A stretch of DNA of 64,000 nt from Lama guanicoe (Eukaryota). The stretch covers positions 127,940 through 191,939 of the forward strand of contig MU053432.1 in NCBI GenBank assembly GCA_013239625.1, read 5' to 3'. The position numbers and the translations under genes are program-made. Shown here in pieces: positions 14,355 through 27,116 of the stretch (positions within the stretch are counted from its first letter, which is position 1; each line of letters opens with the position of its first letter). Under the pieces are notes generated by a model. That model did not search any database, was not told the origin of the DNA, and saw only the letters and a list, made by a program, of their open reading frames with translations.

Positions 14355-15135
14355 GTATGTATGTATGTTTTTTTAACTTTTTAAAAATTTTCTTATCTGT
14401 ACCAAAGGCAAAGGCGTGTCCTAGCTTCATTAAAGGGCCCGCGCCACAGTCAATATAAAAACACAAAAAATCCCTCCAGTTTAATAATAAAAAACCCCAA
14501 AAGTGGAAAACCGAGGGGACAGGGAAGAGGGCCCTGGGCCAGGGGCACGGGGAGCCCTGCTCATGGCACCGGGCCTGGCTGCATTGCTGTTGCTACGAGG
14601 TCGGGGGCGGCGACTGCCCTGTGGGAGCCACCGTTGTTCAGCTGGGTGGAGGGCCCTTACTTCTTCTGGGGTGAGCTCAGCTTCTGCATGCCCCGGACCT
14701 TGTCCAGCAGGCCAGAGATGAAGGCCTCAGTGGGTTTATAACAGTCAACCGGCAGCTCCTTGACCCTGGCAGCCCGAGTACCATCGCCCGCCATGTCCAG
14801 GAGTTCGTCCATATCAATCTCCAGCTCTGGGGTCGCACTTGACCGGGACCTTCCCCCGGCGCCTCACTGGGCCCTCGTCGTCCTCGCCGCCCGGGCGCTC
14901 GCCTACAGCCCCAGGGGGGCTCCGAAAGTAGACGCGGGGCCCGGGGGCCGGGGCTGCCAACGCCGCACCCGACAGGGGGCCGCTGTCCGCCTAGGCGGCC
15001 GCGGGGCCACGCGCGCGCGTCGAGCCCCTCCCTGCGCCGCCGCCTGCGGGACGCCCGCCGGCTGGCACCCGGCCGGGCTCCGGCGGACCCGCCGACCCGC
15101 CGGCCCTTTGTTCCCCACGGCCGCCGCCCGAGCCC
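14355..15135 (-). pseudogene. PPP1R14B: Processed pseudogene of protein phosphatase 1 regulatory inhibitor subunit 14B (PHI-1)
   Basis: Minus strand 14993-14657 reads ADSG..AALAAPAPGPRVYFRSPPG..DDEGPVRRRGKVPVKCD, then after a frameshift PELEIDMDELLDM..VKELPVDCYKPTEAFISGLLDKVRGMQKLSSPQKK*. No introns, 3'UTR and short A-tail present. TSD accgacttggtat at 14342-14354 and 15136-15148. The start-codon position reads TAG. Confidence 0.95.
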
Positions 15136-16453
15136 ACCGACTTGGTATTTATGATGTCCTGGGCTGCAGTCTCAGCTCGTTCGCTCGCTGGCTCTCTCTC
15201 GCTCTCATGTGAAAATCCTTGATTTATTCTCTACTTCTTTACCTGATTCTGGGTCTATTCACACTTCGATTAAAAGGCCTTTTAATCAGTAAGGGCCTAA
15301 TAATGCTTTTCTTTAAGATTTAAAAGATGGATCAGGAACAGAGAGGAGGACACAAGAGAATGTGAGGGCATGAAGGATCTATTTATTCTTCTTAAGTCTT
15401 CAGTTTGTCTGGGTTCCGATGGATCCAGGGCTTGGGTAACCAGCTGGCCTCAAAGAGAACTCAAACCTGCTGGCTTTGCGTACCGAGGGGTCTGCCAGTG
15501 TCTCTCAGTGGATCTGACATTTATATTCAATAGAGAGGATTTGGTTGGGCTTGTTTGGCCCATCCAGTATAGGTCTCTTCCACTAAGCTAAGTTTTTCTT
15601 CGAACCATCTCACAATGAATTGAGCTCCATAATGTCCAATCTATACGTAGTTGCCTTTGGGATAGATAATGCTCCTTGATTCAGTCAGCCATCGTACCGG
15701 AAACAAGGTGAGTTTCATTCAACGTACAGGCGACCGCAGCAAGATGCAGCTTCCACTCCAGCCCTCTAGTCTCAGAAAGGGCTGAGGACTGGCTTGACGG
15801 AACTGCAGTTCCTAGTCCCATCTTCAGGGCTGTTGCTAATAACTCATCTGCATCTGAAGATGCCAGAGTGTGAATCTCCATTCCACTGAGATTTTAAGAT
15901 GACCAGACTGGTGGCATATAGAAGGATGTTCACAATGTGGAAACTTAATCTCTTCAACTGCCTCAGAAAAATCTTCCATCGGGGTGTACTGCTCCTCTGT
16001 TTTACAACTCCTATCTGCAAAGCTTTATATGCATTTTATTTCTCTCAAACTTGAGAAAATTCTTTAGGGACGTTTCTCAACGTTCCTTATACATCTCTTA
16101 GGTTCAACATTTGGGTCCAAGTAAATAAAACTGATTCAGTTTCACACAATTTCAAGCTGACAAAGAACCTGAGAGCTTTGAGGTAAAACACTCAAAGCAG
16201 CTTGAAGACCTGATCAGTGAAGGTTCATTAAACTAACCATTATAGACAAGTTGAACTTCCCTTTAGGTGAGAACTTCAGATCCATAGTGGTCAGATCTTT
16301 GAGACATTTTTTAAAATGCCAGTGTAATAGAAGGTTTCACATTTTAGGTCAACTGGAAAAGTCACCTGTGTATTATAGGTCTGATGGAAGAAAGAAACAG
16401 GGAGCAAAGGAAATTAATCACCCACCTAGCTGATCACTATCAGAGCTTTTTCA

Positions 16454-17714
16454 CGTTAGGAGACAATTCTCCACAGTTCTCAGGCATTTCTGCATATCTT
16501 GGGATCAGAGCTCTACCTGCCTTTATTCCAGACTATCTTTTTCAAGGCTGTCTGTATAGGAAACAGCCTTGGAAGGCAGAGATAGTGTCTTCCTCCACAG
16601 CGTGGGACAAGTTTGTTTCCTCTCCAGTATAATACAGATAGTGTCTCCCTAAAGGGGACCCTCGTACACTGTTGGTGGGAATGTAAATTGGTGCAGCCAC
16701 TATGGAAAACAGTACGGAGGTTCCTCAAAAATCTAAAACTAGAGTTACCGTACAACCCAGAAATCCCACTTCTGGATATATATCCAGAAAAAAACAAAAC
16801 TCTAATTTGAAAAGATAGGTACACCCCCATGTTTATAGCAGCACTATTTACAATAGCCAAGACATGGAAACAACCCAAGTGTTCATCAAGATGATTGGCT
16901 TAAGAAGATGTGTGTGTGTGGTGTGTATACAATAGAATATTACTCAGCCATAAAAAAGAATGAAATATTGTCATTTGCAGCAACATGAATGGACCTAGAG
17001 AATTTTATACTTGTGAAGCAAGTCAGACAGAGAAAGACAAAACCTATATAATATCACTTATATGTGAGATCTAAAAATAATACAAATGAATCTATATACA
17101 AAACAGAAACAGACTCACAGACATAGAAAACAAACTTATGATTCCCAAAGGGGAAAGGGAAGGAGGGAGGGACAAAAAAGGGATATGGATTAACAGATAA
17201 CAAACTACTACGTATAAAATAGATAAACAACAAGGATATATTGTGCAGCACAGGGAATTATATTCAATATCTTGTAATAACCTATAATGGAATATAATCT
17301 GAAAATAAATAACTGAATCACTTTGCTGTACTCCTGAAACTAACATGGTATTGTAAATCAACTATACTTTGATTTAAAAAAATTTTTTAAAAGATAGTGT
17401 CTCCCTTCAGGACAAAGTTCAGGTAGGCTTACTATCCACTATAAAAGATATGGGTTCCTTAAACTTGGGGTTCCTCTCTTGTAATGTCACCCACTACCTG
17501 TGCAGGCATTACTTGGCTCCTTCATGTCACCCTGTGGAAACGGTTTTGATGAACTAATGCAAAAATGATGTTAGCCTGGTTATGGCTACTGCTGTGAGTG
17601 ATAAACTGTCCTTTGTCTCGGGCCCAGGAGTCTCGTGTCTTCTGCCAGCATCCACAAGGCAGTCTTGTTAGCTTTCAAGTCGGATGAAATCTCAAACCCT
17701 TCACAATTCTTAAC
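16454..17714 (+). mobile_element. ERVL-type solo LTR (MER70-like) split by L1
   Basis: Begins gttaggagacaattctcc, ends aaatctcaaacccttcacaattctt; TATAAAA at ~17440; family name recalled, not searched. Confidence 0.7.
16651..17391 (+). mobile_element. LINE-1 3' end nested in an LTR
   Basis: [18 protein letters not shown] motif and 3'UTR; TSD agatagtgtctccct at 16636-16650 and 17392-17406. Confidence 0.93.
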
Positions 17715-18834
17715 TGGTGGGCACCTGTATAGGTAATTTTAGCACAAGACCTAACAACAGTGTTAGCAATATCAAGAACCAAGTTAAGTCCTTCAGATAA
17801 AATTCCCTTGACAGCCCAGATGGAGTTATTTTATTCTTCAGATTGTCAGACTGCATGAACAAATATATAGTACCACATTTGACCTGAGACTCTAAATTCA
17901 AAAGCTTCTTTCAGAAGTTCTTCCATAAAGTCCTGGCACTGAACAAAGTTTGGGGGAACAGGAAGTAATGATCATCTGTAACAGTGGCCACGCATTTGGA
18001 CCACACGTTTTTAAGTTCTCCTCCCAGAGGGCAGCCAAGAACCTCACCCCACCACCACACCAAGAGCTCTCCTTCCTCCCTCCTGACTGAAGCTCGACTC
18101 TTGCCTCCCCTTCCTAAATCCTTCAAATCCACTTGCTCCTTTCACCTCTACTGCTTCCTCCATAATCCACACCATCATCATCTCTTTCTTTCTTTTTTTT
18201 TTTAATCATCATCTCTTTCTAACCCTCCTCCCAGCTTTCATCCTCTTGCCTTCTGATCCAGATCCTACATGGCCATCAGAGTTTACAACTTTCTGGGATC
18301 CTCAGCACCTTCATCAGGGTCTTTCAAACCAGGCAAAGCTCCATAATCATCCAATGAATTGACATCTTTAATAGAGAAGTACTGACATCTCCCAGAGGAA
18401 GAAGGAAATTCTGCCTTTCTAGGGAACCTGAATACATCAGTTGTGGGCATAGAAGTGAAGGCAGCAGTTGGCAGGATTCATCCAGAGTTAGTTGGCAACT
18501 GGCAAGGCAGTTGCTGCAAAAGGGCAAGGAGAAGGGAGTTGAAAGTTTGGGCATGAGAGTGAGTGACTGAAATAATGGGTTGTGGAAGCTTCATCTGGGT
18601 GGGACGGACAAAGGAGTCAACCAGAAGAAAGTCGATGGATGGTGAGAAAACAGAGGATGACAGGATCCAAGGTCTCAGTGAGACTGCAGGAGCACGTGCA
18701 GACACAGGTGTAAGGTCAGATGCTGGCATCTGACGTGCCGAGTGGGTGTAAGATTTCAGAGGTTGTGCTGATTCTGATCACGGTCCAGATGTGGTCATAG
18801 AAGTGGATAAGTGAAGAAAAGTGTAGAACCTTCT

Positions 18835-18985
18835 ATCAGTCAGGGTTCATCGGAGAAACAACCAATAGTATGTGGGTGTGTGTGCAGAGAGGGACTTACT
18901 TTGGCTCAGTCATGAGGACTGGCAAATTTGAAATCTGCAGGACCAGCCAGCAGGCTGGAGACCCAGGGAAGAGGCGATGTTACAT
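18835..18985 (-). mobile_element. MLT2-like LTR fragment
   Basis: agtcagggttc..agaaacaaccaatag..gcaggctggagacccaggga. Confidence 0.6.
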
Positions 18986-20326
18986 TCCATCATAGTCCCT
19001 ATGCATTTTTCAAATTTTTACTATTATAAGAAGTTTGGTAATAACCATCCTTGTCTAAAATCGGATCCTTTTTTCTAAGTATTCTATGTGTATACCACTT
19101 TGTATGTTAAGATAATACACTGTCTTTTTCCAAAATGTGTATGTCTGGACTGTGGATCCACCAAATGAACGTTGAAATTGCAGAGCATGACACCATGTGG
19201 AGAGGAAGCCTCTGGGCCATGAACCTAAATCTACTTTAAATCCAGACAGAAGATGGATCCGCCTCATGGTTAAAGTTGTCCAGGATGACACAGAACTTGG
19301 GCTGGGCAAAAACACCATGATCTGGGTCCCTAGAAGCTCAAGGACCAGGAAGAAGCTCACAGAGCACACTGGTGAGACAGGCTGCTTCTGTCCCAAAGGA
19401 GAAAGGGTTTTAGAAGAGGGTGGAGGAAAATGTTTGGGGAAGGGCAACAAGATGCTGGAAGAATTCTGCCGAGCTGCCCCCACACCACAGATGGAGCTGG
19501 TGAATGAACGGCCTGGTGCTCTCCAGGGAGAACTGGGTTTGAAAAAGGCAGGGAAAGTTTTGTTTGTTTTTGTTTGCTTGTTTTTATTTATTTTTAAAGA
19601 GATGCAGGCTAGAAGAAGGTGTGTTTACTGGAACCACTGGTTCCAAAGACTTGCTGGAATGGGACTTGAATTCTGTGTGTAAAAGTCACTTGCAGCTTGG
19701 TGGGATTAGCTGGGCTCAGGTCCAGAAGGAAATCTTATATTTCCAAAGTTTTTATCTTTCTAAAATTCAACTGCCAGTACCTTTGCATGGCTCACAAGGC
19801 CCCCTCAAGTCAGCCTCCCGTCTTTTTGCTCCGGCCTTTAGCGCTTACCACTGCCCAGTTAGCCCTTCCCAGGACAGCCGGGGGGTGGCTTTTCCAAAAA
19901 AGCCAGTGCCTTCCTGCAGGCTTGCCTTGTGTCTTATCATTCCTTTCCTAGAATACCCTTCACTCTCTCTGCCAGGTACGAATCCAATGATGTAGCTACT
20001 AAATGGGCTCTCCTGAAAATAAACAAGTAAGTCCTGATTTGTAATACTCGCCAATTTCTGTGATGTAAATATTCCCATTATGGCTGATTTCTGGTTATCA
20101 ACATGAGGTCACTGAACAGGAAGTTGAAATGAGACAGTTTCCTCTCGGGAGCCAGAACCAACAGCTCCAACACACCACTGTCTCCCAGGAGATCATCATT
20201 ACATAAAATGAAAATACAAGCTACAGCCATACATAAAATATAGTGGAAAGCTAGATCCTAAAGGATCAGCAGTGTTAGCTCCTGGCAGCAGAAGCAAGGA
20301 TGATTTTGTTCTTCTTTTTATTGTCC

Positions 20327-20766
20327 CCGTAGTGAGTCAAAGAATGCATCCCCACCCGCCACCCAATTTCATTCAATTCATGTCCACTCAGAACCTCAGA
20401 AAGTGACATTATTTGTAAAAAGCATAATTAGTTAAGGATCTCAAGATGAACTAATCCTGGACTGGTGTCCCCCTAGGAAGAGAAGACAAAGACACAGAGT
20501 AGGAGGTGAGGTGAAGATGGAGGTGAAGATGGGACTGGCATGTCTACAAGCCAAGGAACGTCTAGGATTGATGGCAACTAGGAAGCCAGGAGAAGCCAGG
20601 AGAGGCATCAGCTTGTTTCTCCCGCAGAGACTCCAGCAGACATCAACCTGCCGACACCTTGATTTTGGACTTCTGGCTTCCTGAGCTCCAAAAGAATACA
20701 TTTCTGTCGCCATAGGCCACCCAATGTTTGACCATTTGTTAGAGCAGCCCTGGGAAACTGACACAG
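20327..20766 (+). mobile_element. MaLR MLT1-like solo LTR
   Basis: gaacctcagaaagtgac..gacaccttgattttggacttctgg..agcagccctgggaaactgacaca. Confidence 0.8.
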
Positions 20767-20974
20767 TCCCATCTTTTAATTTTTCTGTATTGATTATATG
20801 TTACTATATCCTTTAACTTAAATGAAAGTTTGATGTCTCTCTGTTACATATTATATTCTTGTCTGTCTTTCTAGCCTCACCTCCTCTGCCTGCCCCCTCA
20901 GAACTTACCCTTCTCTGACAGTGGACCATCTTGCAGATTCACTGGCATGCCATGTCTTTACATAGTCTGTCCCG

Positions 20975-21595
20975 TAGGATGGGTCTCAGGCATGTGATCG
21001 GTGCAGTCACACAAGGCTCCCCACTCAGAGGGCTCCGTGGTTGCTGCCTTGAAATTCTTAATAATTGTGTCTTTGAACTTGTAAGTCCACTGGGGTCATG
21101 GAGCATGTGCAGGGGCTCACAGCCTCGGCTCATGTGCGATCCCACCTCCACCCCTTCCCTGAGATGAGTTCTTGGCCGTTTGCTCCTTGCCCTGGAGCCC
21201 AGTATCCCCCTCCCCACTGCATGACAGCAGCTGCCTTCTGCTGGGGTGACAGCTGGGTCATTCCTCCATTGCCCTCCAGCCCCAGCCAGGGCCTGGGTTC
21301 ATGAGTCAGGAGGGTCAGGGTTGGCCGTGCTCCCTGGAGGACGGTGGCAACCACCCCTGCCCTGGGCTGGCAGTGCTCTAGTGATGATTTTTAGCAGGTG
21401 ACTCAGTGGGGGCCCCTTTCCCGCTCCCGACACAGGTTCTGAATATGTCCTTGCACAGAGGTTGCAATCTTTTGGGATCACCCATCAGACATGAATTGGG
21501 GCAGTGAGCCCATGGGAAGAAGAGAATGAATTCTCAGGCCCAGCCTTACATTCTCACTTTGCACTGGATCCTACAAATAATGCAGCTGACCGCGC
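20975..21595. mobile_element. hAT-Tip100 MER45-like non-autonomous DNA transposon
   Basis: gtgcagtcacacaaggc..ttgaaattcttaataat start and ctttgcactggatcctacaaat end. Confidence 0.65.
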
Positions 21596-21688
21596 TGTAC
21601 CTGAAATGCCCTTCATTGCTTCTCCCCCTGTTGCACACACAATAATAGTAACAATATCAGTAACTATCATTTACTGAATTCTTTGCTT

Positions 21689-21833
21689 TTGGAGGGTTTT
21701 TTGCTTTTGTTTTGCAGGGAGAGGTAATCAGGTTGTTTTTGTTTTTGCTTTTTTCATGGTGGTACTAGGGATTGAAACCAGGACCTCATGCATGCTAGGC
21801 ATGCGCTTCTACCACTGAGCTGTACCGTCCTCC
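21689..21833 (-). mobile_element. tRNA-Ala-derived SINE (Vic-1-like)
   Basis: Same head and tail; imperfect TSD. Confidence 0.88.
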
Positions 21834-22449
21834 TAAATTCGTTGCTGTGTACCTAGTACTTTAGACTGTAAGAAAGACAGGGATGGTTGAAATTCTAGGT
21901 AGCACTTATGAGTAAAGTGCAGATAAAGCAGACATGGTTTCCGGATGAGGGATCTGGGAGTCGGAGGTGTTGGAGCTGGTGGCCCCGAGGGATTTACAGC
22001 AATTCAATGTGCCCCTGGCCTCCTTGTTCTGAGAGGAGGCCCAGGTGGGAGGCTCTGTTCTTGAATAATGGGAACAAGCAGGGCGCAACTACGAGTCTGC
22101 AGAACCAGCAAGGAACACATTGTAACACCTTAGAACTGGATGACTCAGTGCCTTCTGAGGACCTCTTTTGGGTGGCTTTCAGATCTTTTTTAACCCAAAG
22201 AGAGAAGCAACTAGATTTGAGCAAGCCCTGTGAAGTCTGTCCCTCCCAGATGTTTCTCTGACTGTGCATAAAATCCCAACTAATCATTCAAAGGTCAGTC
22301 CTCACCTCCCTGCCACTGTGTCAGAGAAGAGAATTTCTCTAGGGCTTGGGGAACCAACCCAGGGGACCCCACACTAAAGGGTGACTAATAAATGATGGAG
22401 GCAGCTGGCCAGCTCGGAGCAAGGGGCACTGTTCCAGCTTAGGCACACT

Positions 22450-23001
22450 ATAATTTTTTTTATTGAGTTATAGTCAGTTTCAAATGTTGTGTCAATTTCT
22501 GGTGGACAGACAATTCTTCAGTCATACATGAATATGCATATATTCATTTTCATATTCTTTTTCACCATAACCTACTGCAAGATATTGAATATAATTCCCT
22601 GTGCTATACAGTATAAACTTGTTTATCTATTTTATATATACTAGTCAGTATGCAAATCTTGAACTCCCAGTTTATCCCTTCCCACCTTCCTCTCCTCTGG
22701 CAACCACAAGCCTTATTCTATGTCTGTGAGTCTCTTTCTGTTTTGTATATAAGTATATTTGTCTTTTTTTTTTATTTTAAATATGAGTAATATCATATGG
22801 TATTTTTCTCTCTCTTTCTGGCTTACTTCACTTAGAATGACATTCTCCAGGGCCATTCATGTTGTTGCAAATGGCATTATTTTATCACTTTTTATGGCTG
22901 AGTAGTAGTCCATTGTGTAAATATACAACAGCTTCTTTATCCAGTCATCTGCCGATGGACATTTAGGTTGTTTCCATCTCTCGGCTATTGTAGATAGTTA
23001 A
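22450..23001 (-). mobile_element. LINE-1 3' end
   Basis: L1 3'UTR/ORF2-end sequence, poly(T); TSD cttaggcacact at 22438-22449 and 23002-23013. Confidence 0.92.
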
Positions 23002-24396
23002 CTTAGGCACACTTCAGACTTCAACATGAGGGCTTATTAAAATGGAGCTGGGCTCTAGCACCAGAGTTTCTGCTGCAATACTCCTGGGATGGGGCCTAAG
23101 ATTTGCATTTCTAACAAGTTCCCAGGCAAGGCCAATGCTCCTGGTCTGGGGACCACACTTTGAGGACCACAGCTTTAAACCCAGAGCAGAGTAGGTTAAG
23201 TAAGGGCCTTTGGAAAGATAACTCCAAGTGATGGAAATGTTAGCTATCTTGATTGCGGTGGTGGTTTCAGAACTGTATACATCTATCAAAATTCATTAAG
23301 TTGAACATCTGAAATATGTATCATTTACTGTACAGAAATTATACCACAACAAAGTTGTTTAAAAAGAAAAGAGAACTCCACAGACCCATTCTGCAACATG
23401 GCTGTCATCAAACTGCTACCCCATCTCTTTCCCCAAATTCCCCATCTTCCAGACATTCCTGAACTCTTGTGGTTCCCCCAAACCTCCCCACTATTTCCCA
23501 CGTTCATGCCTTTGTCTTCTTTAAATACAGAACCATATAAAAAAATAAAATAGAATCCACTCTATGGAGTTCCCAGTGGTAACTGACCCTGACATTTGGC
23601 TGTGCCAGGTTAGAAAGAATAGAATGAGTGGCCAGCAAGTTACCTTGGAGCAAAGTTTGCCTCCAGAAAAACCTTTCAAGTGCCTGCTTTCCCATGTTCA
23701 AGGGATGCAGCTGCAGCATTGCCTCGGGAAGGGTGGCAGTACAAGCCGTTCTTCCCTGCTACAATGACTGCTCTTCTAGTGAAGGTTTGCCAACTTGGGC
23801 ATATCTTATTCTTGTGTAGCATTTCACAAAACACATTGGAATATGTGGCCTTATTTGGGTTAAGTGTTTGCTGAAATTTGTGATTTGCTCAAGGTCTAAT
23901 AAACAGAAGTCAAGACTGAAATCCTGGTCTTCTGCCTCCAGGATTTCACATGGTGAAATTTCCTGTAGCTCTTCTGATGTGATGAGGTTTTCCGTCAAGA
24001 TCTTGTAGCTAGTCCCACAGCGTGGTTGACCACTGCCTGAGGTGGTCTCCTGACGATGACAATCACACTGTCACTTCTAGCAGCTTTTTCCCTTGCAGAG
24101 ATGTACCTTCCCCAGCTCTGTCCCCACTGTCCCCAGCAAAATACCCTGGGGCAGAAACCCTCACCTCCAAGTCACTCTCCTGGTCACCTCTGTGCACTGT
24201 TACCAGCCCCCTCACCCTTTTGCCCCATTTTCCTCCTCACTCTGATTGGTGGTCACAAAGAGAATACTCAGAATTAGACTCTTGGATGGTGAAGGGTCAT
24301 GAGAAATTATGGAAGCCATATGGCCCAGGGGTCCCTGGAGCTGGAGGCCTGAAAGTTGTCCACTTACCCACTGGGTGATTTGGACAAGAAACCTGT

Positions 24397-26646
24397 ATCT
24401 CTCACTAAAATCTGGAACAAGACAAGGATGCCGACTCTCACTACTTCTATTCAACATAGTCTTGGAAGTCCTAGCCACAGCAATCAGGCAAAAAAAAGAA
24501 ATAAAAGGGATCCAAATTGGACGAGAAGAGGTAAAATTATCATTATACGCAGATGACATGATACTATATATAGAAAACCCTAAAAGCTCCGCACAAAAAC
24601 TACTAGAAGTGATAAAAGAATTTGGCAAGGTAACAGGATACAGATTTAACATACAGAAATCAGTTGAATTTATTTGCACTAACAATGAAATAGCAGGAAA
24701 AGAAAATAAGGAAACAATTGCTTTTAAAATTGCATCCTAAACAATAAAATACTTAGGAATAAATCTGACCAAGGTGGTGGAAGACTTGTGCATGGAGAAC
24801 TACAAAACATTGATTAAGGAAATTAAAGATGACTTAAAGAAATGGAAAAATACCCCATGCTGTTGGATTGGAAGAATCAATATTGTTAAAATGGCCACAC
24901 TGCCCAAGGCAATCTACAGATTTCATGTGATCCCTATCACATTACCTAGGACATTTTTCACAGAACTAGAACAAATATAAACAGAACCAAATAATCCTGA
25001 AATTTATATGAAATCACAAAAGACACAGAATTACCAAAACAATATTGAAGAAAAAGAACAAAGCTGGAGGAATAACCCTCCCAGACTTCAGGCAATACTA
25101 CAGAGCTATAGCCATCAAAATAGCATAGTATTGACAGAAAAACAGACATATGGATCAATAGAACAGAACAGAGAGCCCAGAAATTAATCCAAAGACCTAC
25201 AGTCAATTAGTCTTTGACAAAGGCGGCAAGAACATACAGTGGAGAAAAGCCACTCTGTTCAGCAAGTGGTGCTGGGAAAACTGGACAGCTGCATGGAAAT
25301 CAGTGAAGCTAGAACACTCCCTCACCCCATACACAAAAATAAACTCAAAATAGCTAAAAGACTTATATATAAGACAAGACACAATAAACCTCCCAGAAGA
25401 AAACATAGGCAAAACATTCTCTGACATAAATCTTAGCAATGTTCTCCTCACGCAGTCTACCCAGACAATAGAAATGAAATAAAAAATAAACAAATGTGAC
25501 CTAATCGAACTTATAAGCTTTTACACAGCAAAGGAAACCGTGAGCAAAACAAAATGACAACCTATGGAATGGGAGAAAATATTTGTAAATGGTGTGATGG
25601 ACAAAGGTTTAATTGCCAGAATATATGAATAGCTCATACAACTCAATAACAAAAAAACAACCAACCCAATCCAAAAAATGGGCAGAAGATCTAAACATGC
25701 AATTTGTCCGTGAAGACATACAAATGGCGAATAGGCACATGAAAAAATGCTCAATATTGCTAATTATCAGAGAAATATAAATCAAAACTACAGTGAGGTA
25801 TCACCTCACACCAGTCAGCATGGCCATCATTCAAAAGTCCACAAATGATAAATGCTGGAGAGGGTGTGGAAAAAAGGAAACTCTCCTACACTGTTGGTGG
25901 GAATGTGGTTTGGTGTAGCCATTATGGAAAACAGTATGGAAATTCCTCAAAAATCTAAAACTAGATATGCCATATGATCCAGCATTCTCCCTCCCAGGCG
26001 TATATCTGGATGGAACTCTAATTCAAATAAAGAAACACACACGCCAATGTCCATAGCAGCACTGTATACAATAGCCAAGACATGGAAATAACCTAAATGT
26101 CCGTTGACAGATGACTGGATAAAGAAGTTGTTGTATATTTATACAATGGAATACTTCTCAGCCATAAAAAAGAATAAAATAATGCCATTTGCAGCAACAT
26201 GGATGGACCTAGAGGTCATCATTCTAAGTGAAGTAAGCCAGAGGAGAAAGAAAAATACCATATGATGTCACTCATATATGGAATCTTTAAAAAAGAAAAA
26301 AAGAGGACACTAATGAACTCATCTATAAAACAGAAGCAGACTGGCAGACTGGCAGACATAGTAAACAATCTTATGGTTACCAGGGGAAAGGGGATAGGAA
26401 GGGATAAATTTGGGAGTTTGAGATTTGCAAATGATAACCACTATATAAAAAAATAGATAAAAAACAAATTTCTTCTGTATAGCACAGGGACCATGTTCAA
26501 TATCCTTTAATGAAATGTAATGTAATAACTTTTAATGAAAAAGCATATGAAAATGAATATATGTATGTATATGCTTGACTGAGACATTGTGCTGTACACC
26601 ATAAATTGACATGTTGTAACTGATTGTATTTCAATTTAAAAAAAGA
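24397..26646 (+). mobile_element. Decayed 5'-truncated LINE-1 (RT region to 3'UTR) inserted in a MIR-like fragment
   Basis: RT motifs GTRQGC and YADDMILY, several stops and frameshifts; TSD aagaaacctgt at 24386-24396 and 26647-26657. Confidence 0.95.
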
Positions 26647-26700
26647 AAGAAACCTGTTTCTTTGTCTGTAAAATGTGGATGATAATCTGAGCAATAGATT

Positions 26701-27116
26701 TGTTACCGAGTCCAAACTCATTCTGCTCGCCACAGGACAGGACAATAAATCAGGAAAGGAGGTGTTGGGGCAAGGAATAGCGACTTTATTTGGAAAGTTG
26801 GCAGACCGAGAGGATGGCAGACTAATGTCTTGGAGAAACATCCTATTCCAGTCAGAATACAGGCTCCTTTTATATTAAAAAAAAAAAAAACAGGGGAGGG
26901 GTGTGGTTGGTTGTTGCAAACTTGCTGCAGGAATTCTTTGGTCTTGTAGTCACCAATGTGGGTCAGGCCATGGTGTCCCTGTAAACCTCCAACAAAACAA
27001 AGGTTATTCTCTGTTGTGCAACTTGCTATCGCTACATAAGTGCAGAAGTGCTAACATCCTTAAAGGTCAGAGCCCTGAGAACAGGCTCTCCTGTAGATTT
27101 CAGGCTAAAGGCAACG
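26701..27116 (-). mobile_element. Solo LTR, probably ERV1 class
   Basis: tgttaccgagtcc terminus; AATAAA (~26784-26789) and TATA-like (~26867-26874) motifs on the minus strand. Confidence 0.65.

Noticed and set aside
14503..15212. Plus-strand 72-aa and 150-aa ORFs
   Set aside because: Antisense shadows of the GC-rich PPP1R14B retrocopy.
15410..15520. Retroviral env SU-like CWLC motif upstream of the LTR
   Set aside because: I found no furin site, immunosuppressive domain, CX6CC motif or LTR-adjacent polypurine tract; four residues are not enough.
17715..17960. Resemblance to parvovirus Rep N-terminus or bornavirus N (endogenous viral element)
   Set aside because: No HUH motif, no Walker A downstream and only scattered identities; the same stretch resembled several unrelated proteins equally well.
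19055..19995. Overlapping 142-161 aa ORFs
   Set aside because: No recognisable domain, non-ATG starts, and they run through low-complexity sequence.
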